Assembly (NCBI GenBank): GCA_046338525.1
Contig: JBKDWF010000040.1
Span: forward strand, 46,764 to 110,763
DNA from: Holosporales bacterium
GTDB lineage: Bacteria > Pseudomonadota > Alphaproteobacteria > JAJTHO01
Reading direction: 5' to 3'
Length of the DNA: 64,000 bases
Shown: positions 59,076 to 64,000 of the stretch, piece by piece
Numbering within the stretch: the stretch's first letter is position 1
Layout of the letters: every line of letters begins with the position of its first letter
The notes under the pieces: model-generated
Database searches by the model: none
The model's input: only the letters and a program-made list of their open reading frames with translations
Told to the model about the DNA's origin: nothing
Program-made: the position numbers and the translations under genes

Positions 59076-60839
59076 TTACGCCGCCGCTTGATCAATCCCT
59101 GTCGCCAGCCGCACATCTTCAAGGATAACACCGAGGCGCTCTCGTCCCTGCCACTCATCCCGCTTGAGGGTTGCTACCGCGTCCACCAATCCCCCCCGCC
59201 GGGCCATGAGAGCCGCCATCAGGCCGGTTTCCTCGGCGCGAAAGATCATGGACGACACACGACTGTTTCCCAACGGGTCTTCTAACATGACGCGCAGATG
59301 ACCTTTGCCCACTGGCTCCATATACCCTAGGCGTACCCCGGACAGCAAAAAGCGCGGCTGAGGATTACCCATACCGAAAGGAGCCATAGCCTCCAAATGC
59401 CCAGCCAGAAAGAGCGTTGCGGTGGCAAGGGGCAGGGGGGCATCGTATTCTAGGCTTGGTTCCGGTAGAGCGGCTTTGGCCACTGCCTCCTGACAAAACG
59501 CGGTAAACGCGGGAATGCTTGCAGCCGGCAAACTAAACCCCGCCGCCGCTGCGTGGCCACCCCCGGCGGTGAGCAAACCCGCCGCTTTAGCCGCGAGAAT
59601 AATATTGCCAAGGTGCAGGCCAAGGGCACTGCGGCCACTACCTTTAGCCATGCCGTTGTGGATGCTCAGGCACAGGGCAGGGCGGGTGTATTTCTCCTTG
59701 AGCCGTCCGGCAACAATACCAATGACCCCTTCATGCCACCCTTCGCCGGCGGCAATAATAATGGACGCTTCCGGTGATGCAGCAGCTTGAGCCAGCGCAG
59801 CTTCCAACACCTGTTGTTCCAGCGTCTGGCGTTCCCGGTTGAGATCATCAAGTTGTTGAGCCAGCACTTTTGCCCGAATCGGATCCGTGCAGGTGAGCAG
59901 CTGCGTCCCCAGACTTGACAACCCTACGCGCCCCCCGGCGTTAATTCGTGGTCCCAGCAGAAAGCCGCAATGATAGGCCGACGGTACGCTATTCATGTTG
60001 GCGACGGCCATCAGGGCTTTCATCCCCTCATTACGTTGCCCTGCCATCACTTTAAGGCCTTGAGCCACAAACGCCCTGTTCAGTCCCGTCAGGGGTACTA
60101 CGTCCGCCACCGTTCCCAGAGCCACGATGTCCAAAAACTGCTGCAAGTTCGGCTTTGGCCTAGCCTCATTAAAGAACCCCCGCTGTTCCAGCGCCGTGTT
60201 CAACGCCACTAGCACCAGAAAGCATACCCCCACCGCCGCCAGGTTTTTGCATGGGCTTTCCTGATCCCGGCGGTTAGGGTTTACCACTGCCACCGCCGGG
60301 GGCAGGGTATCCTCCCCCAAGTGGTGATCAATGACCATGATGTCTAGCCCGGCTTTTTGTGCGGCCTCCAGCGGCGCAAAGGCCGTGACGCCGCAATCGA
60401 CGGTGATGACTAACTTTGCCCCTTCCGCGGCCAAGCGTTCTAGCCCCGTAGCGTTAGGACCGTAACCATCCTTTTGCCGATCGGGAATATAATAGCCAGC
60501 CTCAAGACCAAGAGCAGTAAAGTAGTTTAGCAGCAACGCCGTAGAGGTAGCCCCATCCACGTCATAATCACCCCAAACGATAATCTTCTCATCGCCTTGT
60601 ATAGCTTGAACCAGCCGGGCGACGGCCTCTCGCATTCCATGCAAATGATAAGGATTGGGAAGGCTGGTCTTTAATTTAGGCGTTAAATAGTCGGGAGCAT
60701 CATCAGCATGAAACCCTCGCGCCGCCAGCACTTGGGCTAAAATTTCTGGTAAGCCAAGCCGTTGGGCTAGTGTTAATACCTGCCGATAATCGTGATTCGC
60801 TTGCCGCCACGTCTTGTTCGTGAACGATATTCCCACCAT
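59076..60839 (-). CDS. recJ: Single-stranded-DNA-specific exonuclease RecJ
   Basis: DHH motifs (DYDVDGATS, VIDHH) and a DHHA1 domain. 587 aa. Confidence 0.9.
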   Translation of the reverse strand: MVGISFTNKTWRQANHDYRQVLTLAQRLGLPEILAQVLAARGFHADDAPDYLTPKLKTSLPNPYHLHGMREAVARLVQAIQGDEKIIVWGDYDVDGATSTALLLNYFTALGLEAGYYIPDRQKDGYGPNATGLERLAAEGAKLVITVDCGVTAFAPLEAAQKAGLDIMVIDHHLGEDTLPPAVAVVNPNRRDQESPCKNLAAVGVCFLVLVALNTALEQRGFFNEARPKPNLQQFLDIVALGTVADVVPLTGLNRAFVAQGLKVMAGQRNEGMKALMAVANMNSVPSAYHCGFLLGPRINAGGRVGLSSLGTQLLTCTDPIRAKVLAQQLDDLNRERQTLEQQVLEAALAQAAASPEASIIIAAGEGWHEGVIGIVAGRLKEKYTRPALCLSIHNGMAKGSGRSALGLHLGNIILAAKAAGLLTAGGGHAAAAGFSLPAASIPAFTAFCQEAVAKAALPEPSLEYDAPLPLATATLFLAGHLEAMAPFGMGNPQPRFLLSGVRLGYMEPVGKGHLRVMLEDPLGNSRVSSMIFRAEETGLMAALMARRGGLVDAVATLKRDEWQGRERLGVILEDVRLATGIDQAAA

Positions 60840-60841
60840 TA

Positions 60842-62197
60842 TTAAAACAGTGACTTCACCGCCGCGATGACATCACCGGTACTCGGTAGGGCTAGCTTTT
60901 CTAGGTTGGCTGCATAAGGCAACGGTACATCTTTGCCGGTTACCCGCAGCACTGGGGCATCGAGGTGATCAAAAAACTGCTCCATTGCTAGTGCCGCAAT
61001 TTCCGACCCTATTCCGGCTACGGGCCAGCCTTCCTCCACCGTGACTAAGCGGTTTGTTTTGCGAACGCTGGCGGCAATTGTTGCCGTATCTAGGGGGCGC
61101 ACAGTACGCAGATCAATGACCTCACAGGAAATACCTTGTTCAGCTAATGCTTGAGCGGCATCGAGGGCGTATTTTACTGCAATGGAAAAGGCTACCAAGG
61201 TGACATCGGTGCCCTCACGGACGACTTTTGCCTTGCCAATGGGCAAGACATAATCGGGGTTTGTAGGCACATCAAACGACCAGCCGTAGGTAATTTCATT
61301 TTCCAAAAAGATTACCGGGTTATTGTCACGAATAGCGGCCTTCAATAGACCCTTAGCATCGGCAGCACTGTACGGTGCAATAACCTTAAGTCCAGGAATG
61401 TGGGCATACCAACTTGCATAACACTGAGAATGCTGGGCTCCCACCCGTGAAGCCGCGCCGTTGGGGCCGCGGAACACGATAGGACAACCCATTTGGCCAC
61501 CAGACATGTACAGCGTTTTCGCGGCTGAGTTAATAATATGATCAATGGCCTGCATGGCAAAGTTGAAAGTCATAAATTCCACAATAGGACGCAGACGCAT
61601 GAACGCCGCTCCTACCGCTAATCCCGCAAAGCCGTGCTCAGTAATAGGAGTATCAATTACCCGTCGGGCACTGAATTCTTGAAGTAACCCTTGGGTAATC
61701 TTATACGCTCCTTGGTATTCAGCCACTTCCTCGCCCATGACAAAAACATTTTCATCCCGGCGCATTTCTTCAGCCATAGCGTCGCGTAAAGCTTCCCGCA
61801 CCGTTATTTTTACCGTCTCACCCATCTTAGGATCGTCGCCCAGAGGGGCGGCAGGAAGAGCGTAGGATGTTGGGACTACTGGCGCATTGGCTAAGGAAGC
61901 GATGGGGTGGCCTAAAGACTGATTGCTGTTGGCCGCCAAGGAGGCGGTATCTTCGCCCTCACCCAAGATAATGGCAATGGGGGTATTGACCTTAACGCCT
62001 TCGGTGCCGGCACTGATGAGGATTTTACCAAGAATACCCTCGTCTACTGCCTCGACCTCCATCGTGGCCTTGTCGGTTTCAATCTCGGCGATGACATCAC
62101 CGGCGCGAATTGTGTCGCCCTCATTTTTTGTCCAACGGGCAAGAGTACCCTCGGTCATTGTGGGGGAAAGAGCTGGCATTAAAATATTAACAGACAT
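60842..62197 (-). CDS. pdhB: Pyruvate dehydrogenase E1 component beta subunit with N-terminal lipoyl domain
   Basis: Lipoyl domain ([16 protein letters not shown]) fused to a transketolase-like E1-beta. This arrangement is typical of alphaproteobacteria. Confidence 0.9.
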   Translation of the reverse strand: MSVNILMPALSPTMTEGTLARWTKNEGDTIRAGDVIAEIETDKATMEVEAVDEGILGKILISAGTEGVKVNTPIAIILGEGEDTASLAANSNQSLGHPIASLANAPVVPTSYALPAAPLGDDPKMGETVKITVREALRDAMAEEMRRDENVFVMGEEVAEYQGAYKITQGLLQEFSARRVIDTPITEHGFAGLAVGAAFMRLRPIVEFMTFNFAMQAIDHIINSAAKTLYMSGGQMGCPIVFRGPNGAASRVGAQHSQCYASWYAHIPGLKVIAPYSAADAKGLLKAAIRDNNPVIFLENEITYGWSFDVPTNPDYVLPIGKAKVVREGTDVTLVAFSIAVKYALDAAQALAEQGISCEVIDLRTVRPLDTATIAASVRKTNRLVTVEEGWPVAGIGSEIAALAMEQFFDHLDAPVLRVTGKDVPLPYAANLEKLALPSTGDVIAAVKSLF

Positions 62198-62461
62198 GGG
62201 TTTTTCCTTACAATAGCTTATTCAAATAAATCCTAATGATTCCCCGTGCGCCCCAGAAGTATTTTTGTTTCCGAAGTACGGCAAATCAACAGCCAAGCGG
62301 GTTTTATAGGGCATTGTCTAGTGCCGCTTCCGCCAAAATGCCTTGCACGCTGGCTTTAAGGGTTGGAGCCACCCGAAATTTAATTTTCTCAGTTTTTGCC
62401 ATCATCGGTACTCCTACTTGGGTATTGCACCCCATTTGTGGGAACAAATCAATCTCCCGCC

Positions 62462-63487
62462 TTATGCCACCAAAATATCCGTCCACAATTCAGACACATC
62501 CGGTTCAGGGCTTGTTTGTGAAAACTCTGCCGCATCGGTCACAATCACCTTAATATCGGCTTCGATTTTCTTGAACGTAGCCTCATCCACTCCTTGGGCG
62601 GTTAGTAATGCATGAAGACGGTTTATAGGATCGCGCTCCGTACGCATTTTCTCCAATTCTTCTTTGCTGCGGTATTTTGCCGGATCGGACATGGAATGAC
62701 CACGGTAGCGATATGTTTTCATTTCCATAATGAATGGGCCATTGCCAGTCTTCACATAGGCAACCGCATCCTTAGCCGCGGCATTTACCGCCAATACATC
62801 CATGCCGTCTACCGCTACGCCGGGAATGCCGAAGCCTTCGCCGCGCTTATACAAATCTACTGTGGCCGAAGCGCGAGCCACGCTGGTTCCCATGCCGTAT
62901 TGATTGTTTTCAATGACATAAATGACAGGCAATTTCCACAGGCTGGCCATGTTAAAGGCCTCGTACACTTGGCCTTGGTTTACTGCCCCATCTCCTAGGT
63001 AGGTGAGGCACAAATTGTTCTCACCTCTATATTTATAAGCAAAGCCAATGCCGGTTCCAATAGGCACTTGGGCACCAACAATACCATGGCCACCGTAAAA
63101 ATTCTTTTCACGGCTGAACATGTGCATTGAGCCGCCCTTGCCCCGGGAATACCCGGAAGCCCGACCCGTCAGCTCCGCCATCACGCCGCGGGCGTCCATG
63201 CCGCAGGCCAACATATGACCATGATCGCGGTAACTCGTGACCACGCTATCGGCGGGAGTAATGGCATCCTGCAAGCCAACCACCACGGCTTCTTGCCCAA
63301 TATATAAATGACAAAAACCACCAATCAGGCCCATGCCGTATAATTGCCCCGCGCGCTCTTCAAATCGCCTAATTAGCAACATCTCTCGGTAGTAATGCAA
63401 TAATTTAGCACTATTGTCACCAGTACCCTTAGGGTTATCTGTGGTTTTTGGAGACGACTTCTTGCTTTTGGTCATAAAATTACTCAC
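62462..63487 (-). CDS. pdhA: Pyruvate dehydrogenase E1 component alpha subunit
   Basis: TPP-binding GDGAVNQG. Phosphorylation-loop-like YRYRGHSMSDP. 341 aa. Confidence 0.9.
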   Translation of the reverse strand: MSNFMTKSKKSSPKTTDNPKGTGDNSAKLLHYYREMLLIRRFEERAGQLYGMGLIGGFCHLYIGQEAVVVGLQDAITPADSVVTSYRDHGHMLACGMDARGVMAELTGRASGYSRGKGGSMHMFSREKNFYGGHGIVGAQVPIGTGIGFAYKYRGENNLCLTYLGDGAVNQGQVYEAFNMASLWKLPVIYVIENNQYGMGTSVARASATVDLYKRGEGFGIPGVAVDGMDVLAVNAAAKDAVAYVKTGNGPFIMEMKTYRYRGHSMSDPAKYRSKEELEKMRTERDPINRLHALLTAQGVDEATFKKIEADIKVIVTDAAEFSQTSPEPDVSELWTDILVA

Positions 63488-63529
63488 CTGCCAAGAATGG
63501 CGGTGTACTCCGAATAGAAACGTAACTCA

Positions 63530-63560
63530 AGCAAAAGCCTTGCTGCAGTGCAGCAAGGCT
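63530..63560 (-). terminator. Rho-independent terminator downstream of trpE
   Basis: 10-bp stem agccttgctg / cagcaaggct with loop cagtg. Read on the minus strand it is followed by TTTTGCTTG. Confidence 0.55.
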
Positions 63561-64000
63561 TATCGGTAAGAGTGCGCCATATCCGCTGCTTTCATCATGA
63601 CTCCAGCTTTGTTCTCCGTTTCCGTAAATTCGGATACCGGATCACTATCCGCTACGATCCCGGCTCCTGCTTGTACCGTAAGATAACCATCTTTGAGCAA
63701 CACGGTACGCAAAGCAATACAGGTATCTGCATCCCCCCCGGCACCAAGATATCCTACTGCACCCGCGTAAAAACTCCGTCGTATTGGCTCCAACTCATCA
63801 ATAATCTGGCATGCACGAATCTTTGGTGCGCCGGAAACGGTACCTGCTGGGAATCCTGCTAGAATAGCGTCTAATACATCTTTTTCAGGGGAAAGCTCCC
63901 CCTCCACTGTTGAGCTAATGTGCATAACATGGGAATACCGTTCCACCACAAATTGTTCTGGAACACGAACGCTGCCAGGGATAGCCACCCGCCCTACATC
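63560..64000 (-). CDS. trpE: Anthranilate synthase component I (TrpE/PabB family), C-terminal part; 5' end outside window
   Basis: Chorismate-binding C-terminus: GAPKIRACQIIDELEPIRRSFYAGAVGYLGAGGDADTCIALRT. Confidence 0.75.
   Translation of the reverse strand, partial: DVGRVAIPGSVRVPEQFVVERYSHVMHISSTVEGELSPEKDVLDAILAGFPAGTVSGAPKIRACQIIDELEPIRRSFYAGAVGYLGAGGDADTCIALRTVLLKDGYLTVQAGAGIVADSDPVSEFTETENKAGVMMKAADMAHSYR

Noticed and set aside
62304-62486. 60-aa version of the pdhA-pdhB intergenic ORF (MDGYFGG...)
   Set aside because: It overlaps the pdhA 3' end and lacks an RBS. Only the shorter SD-preceded form was kept, and only as a finding.
1-64000. CRISPR arrays, IS elements, integrases, rRNA genes
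   Set aside because: No regularly spaced direct repeats, transposase or integrase-like ORFs, or rRNA-like sequence were seen. The only repeat family is the two-copy ~100-bp element.

Overview
This 64-kb window reads as an alphaproteobacterial chromosome segment that is about 92% coding. The lineage call rests on PdhB carrying an N-terminal lipoyl domain, an NDUFA9-like epimerase, a DUF1013 protein, a cvpA-purF pair and EttA. Composition is mosaic: high-GC housekeeping blocks (trpB-purL-glnE, purF-nadE, tgt, bioB..pdhAB) are interleaved with lower-GC blocks.

The most prominent feature is a P-type (VirB/VirD4-family) type IV secretion sub-cluster at 579-9461. It runs small VirB7-like lipoprotein, virB8, virB9, an unusual secretin-N-like lipoprotein, virB10, virB11, virD4. 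No virB2-B6, relaxase or integrase lies in the window. The VirB9 homolog carries a roughly 200-aa disordered Pro/Gly/Asn/Ser-rich C-terminal tail.

Other notable items:
- An AT-rich two-gene insertion (15337-17884) encodes a 681-aa tail-anchored protein with a clear but catalytically degenerate protein-kinase fold, plus a small polytopic membrane protein.
- Six DnaA-box-like 9-mers cluster in an AT-rich intergenic region between fliR and aroB, which makes it a candidate oriC.
- An orphan Flp-family pilin gene, missed by the ORF track, sits next to a polyprenyl-phosphate glycosyltransferase and a GT-C membrane glycosyltransferase.
- A roughly 100-bp structured repeat occurs twice, once abutting tRNA-Gly.
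- A GH46 chitosanase-like secreted protein sits in an AT-rich context.
- There is a PhaC-like Cys-hydrolase with a small coiled-coil partner, and a SemiSWEET gene translationally coupled to an NDUFA9-like epimerase gene.
- fliQ-fliR stand as an isolated pair.
- Several normally operonic genes are orphaned: a YejF-like double ABC ATPase, a membrane-fusion adaptor, ilvH without ilvI, and trpB without trpA.

No CRISPR array, rRNA gene, transposase or integrase was recognised.
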